42,796 nucleotides of DNA. It comes from an uncultured Treponema sp. (lineage in GTDB: Bacteria; Spirochaetota; Spirochaetia; Treponematales; Treponemataceae). The translations under genes and the position numbers were made by a program. The stretch spans positions 1 to 42,796 of the forward strand of contig CALELJ010000039.1 of assembly GCA_937902445.1 (NCBI GenBank). The letters run 5' to 3'. Numbering within the stretch: the first letter of the stretch is position 1; every line of letters begins with the position of its first letter. Positions 1-9,462 of this stretch are shown here, piece after piece. The notes beneath the pieces are model-generated. The model ran no database searches and was not told the DNA's origin. It was given only the letters and a program-made list of their open reading frames with translations.

Positions 1-132
1 GAACTTGAAGACGGAAGGACAATTTACATAATTGTAAAAGGAAATCTGGTAAATATTGCAGCCGGAAACGGTCATCCTGCTGATATTATGGATATGAGTT
101 TTGCTCTTCAGGCTCTTTCTGCAGAATATGTA
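1..132 (+). pseudogene. ahcY: Internal/C-terminal fragment of adenosylhomocysteinase (SAH/SIH hydrolase), broken off after ...SAEYV
   Basis: Frame +1 from base 1 reads [44 protein letters not shown], matching the AhcY signature GRLVNLxxxxGHPxxxMDxSF. Similarity ends at ~132, where the frame runs into the antisense strand of the Ig-like gene. Confidence 0.8.
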
Positions 133-1340
133 TCATCTTTTTTATTTTCTGAACTAGCCATAGATACCCAGCCTGTTGTGTCAGTACCTGTTACTGTAAA
201 TGTTTCTGATTTAGGTTTTCCAATGGAGTTGACTTCCTTTACCCAGTACGGGTTACCTGGAGTAAGTTCAAAGTCACCTGTTTCTGTTCCCCACTGCCAT
301 GAAAGCTTCTGGATTCCGTTTACGTCCTTTGCATAACCTGCAATCGTGAAAACACCGTTCTTGACTTCATTTTCTGCCGGGGTGACAATTCTGATGTCTG
401 GATTTGTGTTGTCGATGAAGTAGAGGAATGCATAGTTTCCAACAGAACCAGCGTTGTCCCTTGCACGGAACCAGCATGTGGCAACACCGTCAGGGAAGTC
501 CTTTGTGTTTACAGGAACGCTGAACTTGAATTCACTGAGAAGACCTTCAGCAGATCTTTCCTTGTATTTCTCTTCCTTGATTGAAGCGGCGCTGTAGTAC
601 TTTCCGCCATCGAGGGAATATTCGAGGCTGTTGATGCCGTTTCCGTCCTTGATTGTTCCGGAAAGATCAATTTTACCGGAAACAAGCTGACCCATGGTGT
701 AGTTTGTAACTTCAATTACAGGAGCACGGCGGTCAAGCTGCCAGGTGACCTTTGTTCTTTCACCTTTCTTTGGAACGACGCGCGACTGGTCGACAACGCC
801 TTTTTCATCCTTGTATGCGTCAGGGTTACCGTTATCGATACCGTAGACTTCAATTGTATGGGGACCTTCAAAAAGCTGCGTAGTGTCGAGGAAGTAAGAC
901 CAGAATTCCGTACCGTTGGCCTTTACAGGATGTTCCTCATCACCGTCAAGAATGAGCCAAACTTCGGTAACCTTGTCGTCATCAACACAGGTACCAACGA
1001 TGTTGAGGTTGCCAGGAACACGCATGTTGTGAACCGGGTTTGTGATTCCGCAGACCGGAAGATCGGATTTTGGGTCGATATAGATGTTGAAAGGACCGGC
1101 GATAGTCTTGTTGCCAGCCTTGTCCTCAGCAGTAACGAGAACATTGTACTTTCCAGCTTCATGTTCCGTTTCATTGTTGATGTCGAATTTCTCCTGCCAG
1201 CTGTTTTCCGGACCTACAGACTTGGATCTGATCTTTCGTTCCGCAAAAGTCGATACCGGCAACAGAGCCACTGCCACCATTACAGCAAAAACTTTTTTTA
1301 GCATTTTTAACCCCGTAACTTTTGTTAATTTTTCCTTCAT
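108..1340 (-). CDS. Secreted multi-Ig-like-domain surface protein (Treponema type), apparently C-terminally truncated at ~170; start may be 1304 (MLKK...)
   Basis: Signal peptide ([19 protein letters not shown]) and repeated Big-like modules ending A(E/R)DxAG(N/S)...ID/LDxxxP. The fourth module stops abruptly after VTGTDTTG, followed by a non-homologous tail. Confidence 0.75.
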   Translation of the reverse strand: MKEKLTKVTGLKMLKKVFAVMVAVALLPVSTFAERKIRSKSVGPENSWQEKFDINNETEHEAGKYNVLVTAEDKAGNKTIAGPFNIYIDPKSDLPVCGITNPVHNMRVPGNLNIVGTCVDDDKVTEVWLILDGDEEHPVKANGTEFWSYFLDTTQLFEGPHTIEVYGIDNGNPDAYKDEKGVVDQSRVVPKKGERTKVTWQLDRRAPVIEVTNYTMGQLVSGKIDLSGTIKDGNGINSLEYSLDGGKYYSAASIKEEKYKERSAEGLLSEFKFSVPVNTKDFPDGVATCWFRARDNAGSVGNYAFLYFIDNTNPDIRIVTPAENEVKNGVFTIAGYAKDVNGIQKLSWQWGTETGDFELTPGNPYWVKEVNSIGKPKSETFTVTGTDTTGWVSMASSENKKDDTYSAERA

Positions 1341-1574
1341 TTTTACATAAGGAAAATCACAATAGAAATGCCTCTCCCATAAGAAAATTCCAGAAAAGAA
1401 ATTCCCTTATTTCTTTATCGGCATTGAACCATTTTTTCCCCATATATATTTCTTATGATAACTCCAAAACATCCAAACCGCAAACAAAATATTATTTTCA
1501 AGGTCTTTTTTTCAGACGGAACTTACTGAAGCCCAGTACTCTGCCCATGTCTCCCAAAAAGGAAAAATGTGTCG

Positions 1575-1580
1575 TATAAT
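1575..1580 (+). promoter_or_regulatory. Putative -10 box 8 nt upstream of the cobB ATG (leaderless-type)
   Basis: TATAAT at 1575-1580, no Shine-Dalgarno before ATG 1589; no clear -35. Confidence 0.5.
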
Positions 1581-1588
1581 TGATATCT

Positions 1589-2347
1589 ATGGAAGAAAAC
1601 ATAGCTAAACTTCAGAAACTTGTTGATGAATCAAACAGGATCGTGTTTTTTGGAGGCGCCGGAGTCAGCACGGAAAGCGGAATTCCGGACTTCAGGAGCG
1701 TTGACGGACTTTACAACCAGAAATGGGACTATCCGCCGGAAACAATCATAAGCGCGTCTTTTTTTGCGGCGAACACAAGGGAATTCTACAGATTTTATAG
1801 GGAAAAACTTCTCGTTGACGGAATAAAGCCAAATGCGGCCCATTATAAGCTGGCGGAACTTGAGAAGGCAGGCAAGCTTCTTGGAATAGTCACACAGAAT
1901 ATTGACGGGTTGCACCAGGCGGCAGGCAATCAGAAAGTGTGGGAACTGCACGGAAGCGTTCTCCGCAACTACTGCACGAAATGCGGTGAATTTTACGACG
2001 GGGAATTCATAGCCGGAACAAAAGAAGATGACGGAATTCCACGGTGCACAAAGTGCGGCGCAGTGGTCAAACCGGATGTTGTCCTTTATGAGGAACCGCT
2101 CAACGACGCTGTTGTCGAAGGCGCGCTGAATGCCATCTCAAGCGCAGATCTTCTCATCATAGGCGGAACTTCCCTGACGGTTTATCCGGCTGCGGGCATG
2201 GTCAGGTATTTCCGTGGGAAGAACATCGTCCTTATAAACAGGGATCCGACCCAGAGTGATTCCATCGCAGATCTTGTCATACACGACAGCATCGGAAAAG
2301 TCCTAGGCCAGATAAATGCAGGTTTTGCTTCTGCTCAGGCTGAATGA
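1589..2347 (+). CDS. cobB: NAD-dependent protein deacylase (sirtuin, Sir2 family)
   Basis: Motifs GGAGVSTESGIPDFRS, TQNIDGLH, ELHG, two CxxC zinc pairs, KPDVVLYEE, GTSLTVYPAA. ATG at 1589 is preferred over the ORF-track TTG at 1580, which overlaps a TATAAT. Confidence 0.95.
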   Translation: MEENIAKLQKLVDESNRIVFFGGAGVSTESGIPDFRSVDGLYNQKWDYPPETIISASFFAANTREFYRFYREKLLVDGIKPNAAHYKLAELEKAGKLLGIVTQNIDGLHQAAGNQKVWELHGSVLRNYCTKCGEFYDGEFIAGTKEDDGIPRCTKCGAVVKPDVVLYEEPLNDAVVEGALNAISSADLLIIGGTSLTVYPAAGMVRYFRGKNIVLINRDPTQSDSIADLVIHDSIGKVLGQINAGFASAQAE

Positions 2348-2353
2348 GGTGAT

Positions 2354-2424
2354 GGACCCTTCGACGCAGCTCAGGGATCCTGTCCTCGCATTGCTACTGC
2401 GCTACGTGCACCGAGCATGAGGGC
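2354..2424. repeat. REP-like palindromic element / twin hairpins between convergent genes
   Basis: CCCTTCGACGCAGCTCAGGGA (2357-2377), followed by a long imperfect hairpin GTCCTC...TGCT..TGCGC-TAC-GTGCA..AGCA..GAGGGC (2382-2424). Confidence 0.5.
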
Positions 2425-2426
2425 TA

Positions 2427-2777
2427 TTATTTCAATGCCGAGCGCTGTCCCATCTTTGCCTTGAGTGCGCTGATTTCTTTCTTTACATTTTCACGTGCCT
2501 TGCCTGCGATGGCAAGTTCACAGGCGGAACTGACTGCCGTAATTCTTCCAAGGATATCCTGCTCAAGTTTTGCGGCAAGTATTTCCTTTGACTCTCCAAG
2601 GGCTGATGCTTCTTCAGCGATGGATGCGATTTCCTTTTTTTCCGACTCAAACTGATCGTTGAGGATTCCGGATTTTGCAACGAGAAGCTTCATCTGGGAA
2701 TTTATCTGTTCCACAAGACTTGGCCCTGCCGACTTCTCATCCTTCCTGAATAACTTATTTACAATTCCTTCCAGCAT
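2427..2777 (-). CDS. Hypothetical all-helical protein, last gene of the APE-like operon
   Basis: 116-aa ORF starting 4 nt after the ketosynthase stop, with a GGAG upstream; Ala/Glu/Lys-rich heptad pattern. Confidence 0.7.
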   Translation of the reverse strand: MLEGIVNKLFRKDEKSAGPSLVEQINSQMKLLVAKSGILNDQFESEKKEIASIAEEASALGESKEILAAKLEQDILGRITAVSSACELAIAGKARENVKKEISALKAKMGQRSALK

Positions 2778-2781
2778 TTTT

Positions 2782-4044
2782 TTATTCGCTCCACTTTTTG
2801 AAAATCAGCGAAGTATTTACTCCGCCAAAGGCAAAATTATTTGACATTACGTATTCAGCGTCAATTTTTCTGCCCTCATCCTTTATGTAGTCCAATGGCG
2901 CACACTCAGGATCAACTGATTCAAGGTTTAGGTTTGGATGGAACCACCCCTCGTTCATCATGTTTATTGTAAGCCAGGCTTCGATGGCACCGCATGCACC
3001 AAGGGTATGGCCTATGTAGCTTTTTGTCGTACTCACCGGGACAGCCCTGTTGAACACCTTGAAAACCGCCTTGCTTTCGGAAATGTCTCCGTGGGAAGTT
3101 GCAGTTCCGTGGGCATTGATGTAGGCGATTTTTTCAGCCGGAACTCCAGCATCATCGAGGGCAAGCTGAAGGGCAACTGCCTGGGTTTCGCTGTTTGGAC
3201 TTGTAATGTGGGTTCCGTCCATGTTTGTTCCAAAGCCGGCGACTTCCCCATAAATCTTTGCACCACGCTTTACGGCATGTTCCAGATCCTCAAGGATCAG
3301 GGTACCTGCACCTTCGCCGATTACAAGGCCATCGCGGTTTTTGTCCCATGCCCTTGGCGTTGAGAAGGGAGCGTCATTTTTTACGCTTGCCGCACCCATG
3401 ACGTCAAATATGGCGCTGTCTGCCGCAGAAAGTTCATCGGCACCGCCTGCTATCATAATGTCGGCGCGGCCGTCTTCTATGGCCTCATATGAATATCCTA
3501 TGGCCTGGCTGCCTGAAGTGCATGACGTGTCGGTCACGATGACACGGCCGCGGATTGAATAGTAGATGCTCAGGTTTGCGGCGCAGGTCTGCGGCATACA
3601 CTTTATGTAGGTCTGGGAATCTACCTTGCTGAAGTCTCCCCTTTCGACAATGCCGATCATGTCTGAAAGAGCCTGCATGGATCCCATACAGCAGCCGTAG
3701 GCGATACCGGTACGGCCGTTCTGGATTTCAGGACATGGATTCCCCTCGTCGTCAACAAGACCAGCCATGCGAAGGGCATCATCAGTCGCAACAAGCGACA
3801 GCAATGCCACACGTCCCATTCCGCGGATTTTTTTTCTTGGGAATTTAGGAAGTTCTTCCCTGTAGGGACAGGCAAGTCTGGTGTTCATCCTGTCATACTT
3901 GTCCCATTCAGTCATATATTCAATGAGGTTTTTCTTTTCCTTCAATCTTGAGCAGGCGTCTTCCCATGTGCGTCCGAGGGCAGAAAGCATTCCGGCCCCT
4001 GTGACAACGACGCGCCTTTTTCCGTTTGGCTTAGTGAATGTCAT
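2782..4044 (-). CDS. Beta-ketoacyl-ACP synthase, ApeR-like
   Basis: RRVVVTG start, catalytic Cys in TSCTSGSQAIG, HGTAT and KSYIGHTLGACG His motifs, SNNFAFGGVN end; YIKxMPQTxAAN segment typical of ApeR. Confidence 0.92.
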   Translation of the reverse strand: MTFTKPNGKRRVVVTGAGMLSALGRTWEDACSRLKEKKNLIEYMTEWDKYDRMNTRLACPYREELPKFPRKKIRGMGRVALLSLVATDDALRMAGLVDDEGNPCPEIQNGRTGIAYGCCMGSMQALSDMIGIVERGDFSKVDSQTYIKCMPQTCAANLSIYYSIRGRVIVTDTSCTSGSQAIGYSYEAIEDGRADIMIAGGADELSAADSAIFDVMGAASVKNDAPFSTPRAWDKNRDGLVIGEGAGTLILEDLEHAVKRGAKIYGEVAGFGTNMDGTHITSPNSETQAVALQLALDDAGVPAEKIAYINAHGTATSHGDISESKAVFKVFNRAVPVSTTKSYIGHTLGACGAIEAWLTINMMNEGWFHPNLNLESVDPECAPLDYIKDEGRKIDAEYVMSNNFAFGGVNTSLIFKKWSE

Positions 4045-4047
4045 CGA

Positions 4048-4776
4048 TTATGCCAGGCCTCCATTTACAGAAATGACCTGCCTTGTTATGTACCCAGCCT
4101 CTTCCGAAAGCAGGAAAACAGCAAGGGAACTTACTTCAGATGGTTTTCCGGCACGTCTCATAGGTATGGTCTCCATGATCATGTCCATGGGAGCGTCCTT
4201 TATCATGTCAGTTTCAATCAATCCCGGCGCAATGCAGTTTACCGTTATTGAACGGCTTGCAAGTTCCGCGGCAAGGGCTTTGGTGGCTCCAATAATTCCG
4301 GCTTTTGACGCGCTGTAGTTTGTCTGCCCGCGGTTTCCAATGATTCCGCTTACTGATGCAATCGTGATGATTCGGCCTTTCTTTTTTCTGGCTAATGGCA
4401 TGACAAGGGGATTAAGTACATTGTAAAAACTGTCCAGGTTCGTGTGGACAACGCTGTCCCATTCCTCTCCGCTGAGGCCTGCGAAAGTATTGTCCTTTGC
4501 AATCCCGGCATTGTTTATGATTCCCCAGAGAGCTCCGTGCTTTTCCGTCATGGCATCGAGTTTTGTCCTGCAGTCCTCACGGTCTGTAATGTCAAACTGA
4601 ATGAGTTCTCCATTTCCACCTGCAGCCTTGATTTCTTCCATGAGGCTTTCGGCTTTTTCCTGTCCGCGATTGTAATGACAGATGACGTAATAGCCTGCCT
4701 TTGCGCAATCCAGGGCAATGGCGCGGCCGATTCCGCCTGAAGCACCGGTAACTAATATTTTCTTGTCTTCATTCAT
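4048..4776 (-). CDS. fabG: 3-oxoacyl-ACP reductase, ApeQ-like SDR
   Basis: TGASGGIG, NNAG, GNRGQTNYSASKAG (YxxxK), YITRQVISVNGG. Confidence 0.93.
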   Translation of the reverse strand: MNEDKKILVTGASGGIGRAIALDCAKAGYYVICHYNRGQEKAESLMEEIKAAGGNGELIQFDITDREDCRTKLDAMTEKHGALWGIINNAGIAKDNTFAGLSGEEWDSVVHTNLDSFYNVLNPLVMPLARKKKGRIITIASVSGIIGNRGQTNYSASKAGIIGATKALAAELASRSITVNCIAPGLIETDMIKDAPMDMIMETIPMRRAGKPSEVSSLAVFLLSEEAGYITRQVISVNGGLA

Positions 4777-4780
4777 ACAA

Positions 4781-5287
4781 TCACACTCCCAGAATCTTTT
4801 CCATGTTTTCAGTCTGCATTACCGTTATGGTCGCCTCAACCACACTTTCCATGCTTTCAGGTCCTGCATATGCCATGCACCTGTAACGGTATATTCCGCT
4901 TTCAGGATCCCGATATTCTTCCTGCGCCGTGGCCTTCACCGTCGTTCCGTTTTCAAACCAGGACTGCCCGCACTTAAATCCGGTGACACTGAGTATGCAT
5001 CCGGCCTTTGGCTTGATTCCCAGCTGGTGGTCATGGATTCCTGTCAGAGCAGAAATGGCCTGGGCCATGATCTCAAAGCTGCACCACGACGGAACCCCAT
5101 CGGCTTCTTTTTCATAAAAAATAAAATTCTCGTTGATGTCGGTTTCCACGGTGATGGTCAGATTTTCAATATCATGACGGGTAACCCTGGAAAGAAGGAA
5201 CATTTTTCCTTTATGGGGAATCAAATCTACAAGAAGGTCTTTTTCTATGCGCTGTTCCATATGTTTCAACCACCGATAATCAGACAT
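4781..5287 (-). CDS. Hotdog-fold 3-hydroxyacyl-ACP dehydratase subunit, ApeP-like
   Basis: LIPHKGKMFLL and EIMAQ motifs; located between the KS and KR genes. Confidence 0.85.
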   Translation of the reverse strand: MSDYRWLKHMEQRIEKDLLVDLIPHKGKMFLLSRVTRHDIENLTITVETDINENFIFYEKEADGVPSWCSFEIMAQAISALTGIHDHQLGIKPKAGCILSVTGFKCGQSWFENGTTVKATAQEEYRDPESGIYRYRCMAYAGPESMESVVEATITVMQTENMEKILGV

Positions 5288-6459
5288 GCGTTTGAGCCGC
5301 CGAAAGCAAAGGAATTGCTCATGCAGATTTTTACTTTTCCAGAAGTTTTTCTGTGGGCTGCATCATAGAAATTCAGCTGCGGAATTTCCGGATCCTTCTG
5401 ACCGTCCCACATCTGGACTGGCAATATTACATCTTTGGAATTTCTGTTCTTCACAATGGCCTCATGGCATATGGCAAGTTCAATTGCACTGCCGGCTCCA
5501 AGGGTATGCCCCGTGAAAGGTTTTGTCGTGCTCACCGGAACCTTGTGGTCTCCAAAAACCGCATCGACAGCCCTGCTTTCCATGGAATCGTTGAGTTTTG
5601 TTCCTGTTCCGTGGAGATTGATGTAGTCGATGTCCTGACTCTTAAGCCCGGCATGGCTCAATGCACTTTCCATGGCACGCCTTGCTCCATCCCCGCTTGG
5701 ATCTGGAGAAGTCATATGATGCGCATCGCAGCTTTCACCGTAACCAAGAAGCCGGACGCCTGTTCCACACGGATCATCCCTTGTCATGAGAAAGAAAGCG
5801 GCTCCTTCGCCAAGGGTAATTCCATGACGGTTGATGCTGAAGGGATTTGTGATTTCCGAAGATACCGCCTCAAGAGAACCAAAGCCAAGCAAAACGGTAT
5901 CGGAAGCAATATCTACGCCACCGGCAACGACTGCATCTGCAAGTCCGCTGTTCAAAAGCTGCGCACCTTTTATCAAGGCTTCAGCACTGGATGAACAGGC
6001 TGTACTAAAAGAAAGGCATGGACCGCCAAGAGAAAATTTTTCCTTTATGAATGTGGCAGGATAATCGGCCCCCTGCATTTCAATTGAATAGTTTCCGTCA
6101 AATTTCTGATTTTCAAAATAGACTCTGTGGCCCGCAAGGGAAAATTCGGTTCCGTTGTCGCAGGAACCTGCACAGACTGCGACACGGTCCGCGCCATATT
6201 TTTTTCTGGCATCATCGATTTCACAGGCAATCTGATCCAATGCCATTTCCTGAATACGATGTATCCTCATGTCGTAACGTGCCGACGTAGGTTTTATTTT
6301 ATCGTCATCGATTCTTCCGGCGTAAAATTCATCTCCTGAAACTGCGGTAACTTTTCGGATGCCATCCTGAGTTCCGGCTGTAACTGAATTCCAAAGCTGT
6401 GATGAATCAAGACCGGCACAACAGACAACACCCGGTTTTGAAAGATAGATACTATTCAT
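5266..6459 (-). CDS. Beta-ketoacyl-ACP synthase, ApeO-like
   Basis: STACSSSA catalytic Cys, HGTGTKLNDSME, KPFTGHTLGA, SNSFAFGGSN, PFSINRHGITLGEGAA. Confidence 0.92.
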   Translation of the reverse strand: MNSIYLSKPGVVCCAGLDSSQLWNSVTAGTQDGIRKVTAVSGDEFYAGRIDDDKIKPTSARYDMRIHRIQEMALDQIACEIDDARKKYGADRVAVCAGSCDNGTEFSLAGHRVYFENQKFDGNYSIEMQGADYPATFIKEKFSLGGPCLSFSTACSSSAEALIKGAQLLNSGLADAVVAGGVDIASDTVLLGFGSLEAVSSEITNPFSINRHGITLGEGAAFFLMTRDDPCGTGVRLLGYGESCDAHHMTSPDPSGDGARRAMESALSHAGLKSQDIDYINLHGTGTKLNDSMESRAVDAVFGDHKVPVSTTKPFTGHTLGAGSAIELAICHEAIVKNRNSKDVILPVQMWDGQKDPEIPQLNFYDAAHRKTSGKVKICMSNSFAFGGSNACLIIGG

Positions 6460-7048
6460 CCAAAACTCCCGTCAGGTGATATTCGTAACCGCGTAGATGA
6501 TTTTTTATGACTGTTGAAGTTCCGTCTAGATGGATCTCTTCGATGACATTCTTGCCGTCAAGAATTTTTCGGATTTCTACGGCGCCGTCATTTTCAACGA
6601 CAAAATCGAGCTTGTATTTCGCAAGCCTCTCTTTCAGGGACTGGAAATCATAGAAAGCAAGCTGTATGTCCCAGACGATGTATTCCGCCTTCATGTTCTG
6701 GGGAAACACCGCTGAATTGAATTCCACATCACCGTTGCTGTAGGAAAGCTCGCCCATGCTTGTTCCCACGTCATTGAGAATCGAAACGTACATGCCTTTT
6801 TCATCGGCATTGATATAAAGCGGGAATGAAAAACTCTGAGCGCCAAAGGTACCTTCAAAAAGCTGAACCTCGTCCATGGGTCTTGAAATGTTTTCCGCAG
6901 TGAGAATGTTTACTTTTTTCGTGTTGGTCACATAGACTGCAGGAGTCACGGGACCTTCGACTTTGCTTGTGGCACAAGAAATGAAAAGCGCAGAAACCAT
7001 TGCCATTATGGGAAAGATCTTTGCGCACTTTCCGTTGAATCTAACCAT
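6452..7048 (-). CDS. Lipoprotein, ApeN/DUF3261-like
   Basis: Signal peptide with lipobox (LFISC), AEYIVWDIQL motif and NHLRGYEY C-terminus; positioned between MMPL and KS as apeN is. Confidence 0.75.
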   Translation of the reverse strand: MVRFNGKCAKIFPIMAMVSALFISCATSKVEGPVTPAVYVTNTKKVNILTAENISRPMDEVQLFEGTFGAQSFSFPLYINADEKGMYVSILNDVGTSMGELSYSNGDVEFNSAVFPQNMKAEYIVWDIQLAFYDFQSLKERLAKYKLDFVVENDGAVEIRKILDGKNVIEEIHLDGTSTVIKNHLRGYEYHLTGVLDE

Positions 7049-7054
7049 GGTTCA

Positions 7055-7083
7055 AGTTTAAATTTAATGGTTGCTTTTGTCAA
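7055..7083 (-). promoter_or_regulatory. Internal sigma70-type promoter for apeN-R, leaderless
   Basis: Minus strand TTGACA (7083-7078), 17 nt, TAAACT (7060-7055), 6 nt, ATG (7048). Confidence 0.75.
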
Positions 7084-7107
7084 ATTACGCAGGAAAGTGT
7101 AACGCCG

Positions 7108-9462
7108 TCAATCTCTTTCATAAAAGAAGGAACTGTAGTACGCGGTGGCAAGGCCTACAAGAATGGCAAGTCCCATCAGATGCACCGGAGTGAAGGAACT
7201 GAGGGAGATGGCTCCAAATGAAATTGATGTCGTAAAGAAGGACAGCAGAATCGCATAGGGTTCAAGCCTTTTGTTTTCCGTGGTGTCATTTCTTTTCTGG
7301 GCCTCGACCATATAGATGACGTAATCAAGGCCAAGTCCAAAGACAAGGATGATTCCCGTGATCGAGAAAAATTCCAGATGGATTCGGGCAATGGCAAACA
7401 CTGAACTTACAAGAAGAATTATCAGCAGCGGAATGGAAATAATCTTAAGAGACTGTTTCATCCTGTAGAACATCCTGAGAACAATAAAAATAAGAATGTA
7501 GGCAACGGCAAAGAATTTTAAAATCATGACCGTGAGAACATCCATGTCATGGCTTATGTCCGCCATCTTGTTCACATAGAAAACATCATCGCCATAATTT
7601 GAGGCAAAGTTCTTTCCGTCAAGCCCCTCGGGAATGAAAGAAGGCATCACAACGGAATACCAGCTTCCGTCGATTTCACCAAGCCACGAGTTGGCACATG
7701 CGCTCTGGATGAATTCAGGGAAATCTTCCATAGAAGTATATGCATTTTTCTTTTCTTCCCATTCGGAACTGATCCGGGACGCCATTGAGGAATCTTCTCC
7801 GATGTACTCAAGCTGAGCTTCCATAAAAGGCAGGAGACCTTCGTAAATTCTCTTTGACCTGTCCTGCTGCTTTTTCGACGGAAGGAAATCAGAAGTACAG
7901 AAAAGGGAAATTCCATCAATCTGGTTTCTAAGATCCATTACAACATCATGCTCAAGTTCAATCAGTTCATCAGCAGTTCTACCGCGCAGGATGAACCACC
8001 CGCGGGGCGCATAGTTGAGGACCTTTGCGCTTTCAATCTGGTCTTCAAGGACACGGCCTTCCATTTTGTAAAGGCGCGAAAGATCATTTTCAATACGGCA
8101 GTATTCGTATCCCCGGAAAAGACAGATGAAGGCAAAGACAAACATGGCGGTAACGGCGAAACGGCCGGCGATCTTGCGGTTGTACCACTTTGGTATCTTC
8201 ACGAATCTCATTCCACGTACACGGCGCTTTTTGTGTTCCGGAACTGGAACAAGAGGATAGATGCAGACCACCGAAAGGAAGGAACTGAAAATACCCGAGA
8301 GGGAGAAGACCGACATCTGCTTCAAAAGTTCAAAAGGAGCAAAGATAAGGATGGCAAAACAGATTTCCGTCGAAACAAGGGAAAGTGCGAGACCTGAAAA
8401 GAGATAGGATCTTATTTCCGAACCTGTCTTCAATGAGGTATTGGCTTTCCAGTTGATGAAAAAATGAAGGCTGTAGTCGATGCAAGAGCCAATCAGTGAA
8501 GTTCCGAAGATGAGGGTAAGGACATGAATCCTGTGGAACACTGAAATCGTAAGCAGAAATGCGGTGAGAACCGAAACTCCGATGGAACCGAGGGAAAGGA
8601 AAATCGGTATTGGAGTTCTGAAAACAAGGAGAAGCATGACAAGAACTGCGGCAAGGGACACTGTGGAAATAATGGTGATTTCCCTTGTAGCGGCATTGGA
8701 ACTTTTGTGGCTGTGGAAAGTAGTTCCTGAGTAGACAAAGCGCTGATCGCCATTCTCATACTTCGAGCACACTGAATATATTTCCGAGATGCCATTTTTT
8801 TTGCTTGCCAGCGCCGAACCTTCCTTGCTGAGAAGTCCGCGCACCATGACATACCAGAGACCGTTGTATTCCCTGGCAAGGACATTGTCCCTGAGACCAA
8901 GGGAAGTTCCGTTGGATGAGAGAGATTCAAGATAATTTTCCATTTCAACTTCAGTCAGAAGGAAAGGATCTCTGTCCATGTATGAAAGGCTTGAGTAAGT
9001 GAACGGACTGTAAAGCTTTTCAAGGGCCGTCTGCGACATCTGTGACGGATCACTGTATTTTTCATCGATGAAATTGAACCTGTTGTCAAAAAGGAAAGAC
9101 TCAAACTGGCCAATGACTTCCGTATCCTGATAGAGGGTCAGCGACTTGAAGTTGGAACTGTCTTTAAGCTCTTCGTAGACCTTGCCGGCGATTTCCTTTG
9201 CGGTGTCAAAATCCCTGTTGCAGGAAAGAATGAACACATTGCGGCTTGTAACTTCTGAAAGCTTCCTGTCGGCTTTTTCGACAGACTCTCCTGAAAACTG
9301 CTTTGGAAGCATGTTGAACAGATCGGCATCTATCTTGAGGGAGTCCTTTGAAAACAGAAAGGAAGCAAGGAAAACCGAGGCGATTACAAAATGAAAGGCA
9401 AGCCATAGGCCCAGGAATTTCCTGTCGGAAAACCTATTTGTTATTGAAGCAGGATTTTTCAT
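7108..9462 (-). CDS. MMPL/RND-family exporter, ApeM-like
   Basis: Two periplasmic loops with two TM bundles; motifs FGTSLIGSCIDYSLH and GLGLDYVIY. Start placed at MKNPAS (9462) rather than the ORF-track 9522. Confidence 0.88.
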   Translation of the reverse strand: MKNPASITNRFSDRKFLGLWLAFHFVIASVFLASFLFSKDSLKIDADLFNMLPKQFSGESVEKADRKLSEVTSRNVFILSCNRDFDTAKEIAGKVYEELKDSSNFKSLTLYQDTEVIGQFESFLFDNRFNFIDEKYSDPSQMSQTALEKLYSPFTYSSLSYMDRDPFLLTEVEMENYLESLSSNGTSLGLRDNVLAREYNGLWYVMVRGLLSKEGSALASKKNGISEIYSVCSKYENGDQRFVYSGTTFHSHKSSNAATREITIISTVSLAAVLVMLLLVFRTPIPIFLSLGSIGVSVLTAFLLTISVFHRIHVLTLIFGTSLIGSCIDYSLHFFINWKANTSLKTGSEIRSYLFSGLALSLVSTEICFAILIFAPFELLKQMSVFSLSGIFSSFLSVVCIYPLVPVPEHKKRRVRGMRFVKIPKWYNRKIAGRFAVTAMFVFAFICLFRGYEYCRIENDLSRLYKMEGRVLEDQIESAKVLNYAPRGWFILRGRTADELIELEHDVVMDLRNQIDGISLFCTSDFLPSKKQQDRSKRIYEGLLPFMEAQLEYIGEDSSMASRISSEWEEKKNAYTSMEDFPEFIQSACANSWLGEIDGSWYSVVMPSFIPEGLDGKNFASNYGDDVFYVNKMADISHDMDVLTVMILKFFAVAYILIFIVLRMFYRMKQSLKIISIPLLIILLVSSVFAIARIHLEFFSITGIILVFGLGLDYVIYMVEAQKRNDTTENKRLEPYAILLSFFTTSISFGAISLSSFTPVHLMGLAILVGLATAYYSSFFYERD

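Noticed and set aside
88..336. ORF-track 82-aa protein MDMSFALQ...
   Set aside because: Only the first 15 codons are real (ahcY); the rest is the antisense of the Ig-like gene.
1341..1579. Riboswitch, sRNA or small ORF (1322-1579) in the largest intergenic gap
   Set aside because: AT-rich divergent promoter region without a recognisable conserved structure; the ORF has no credible start or coding character.
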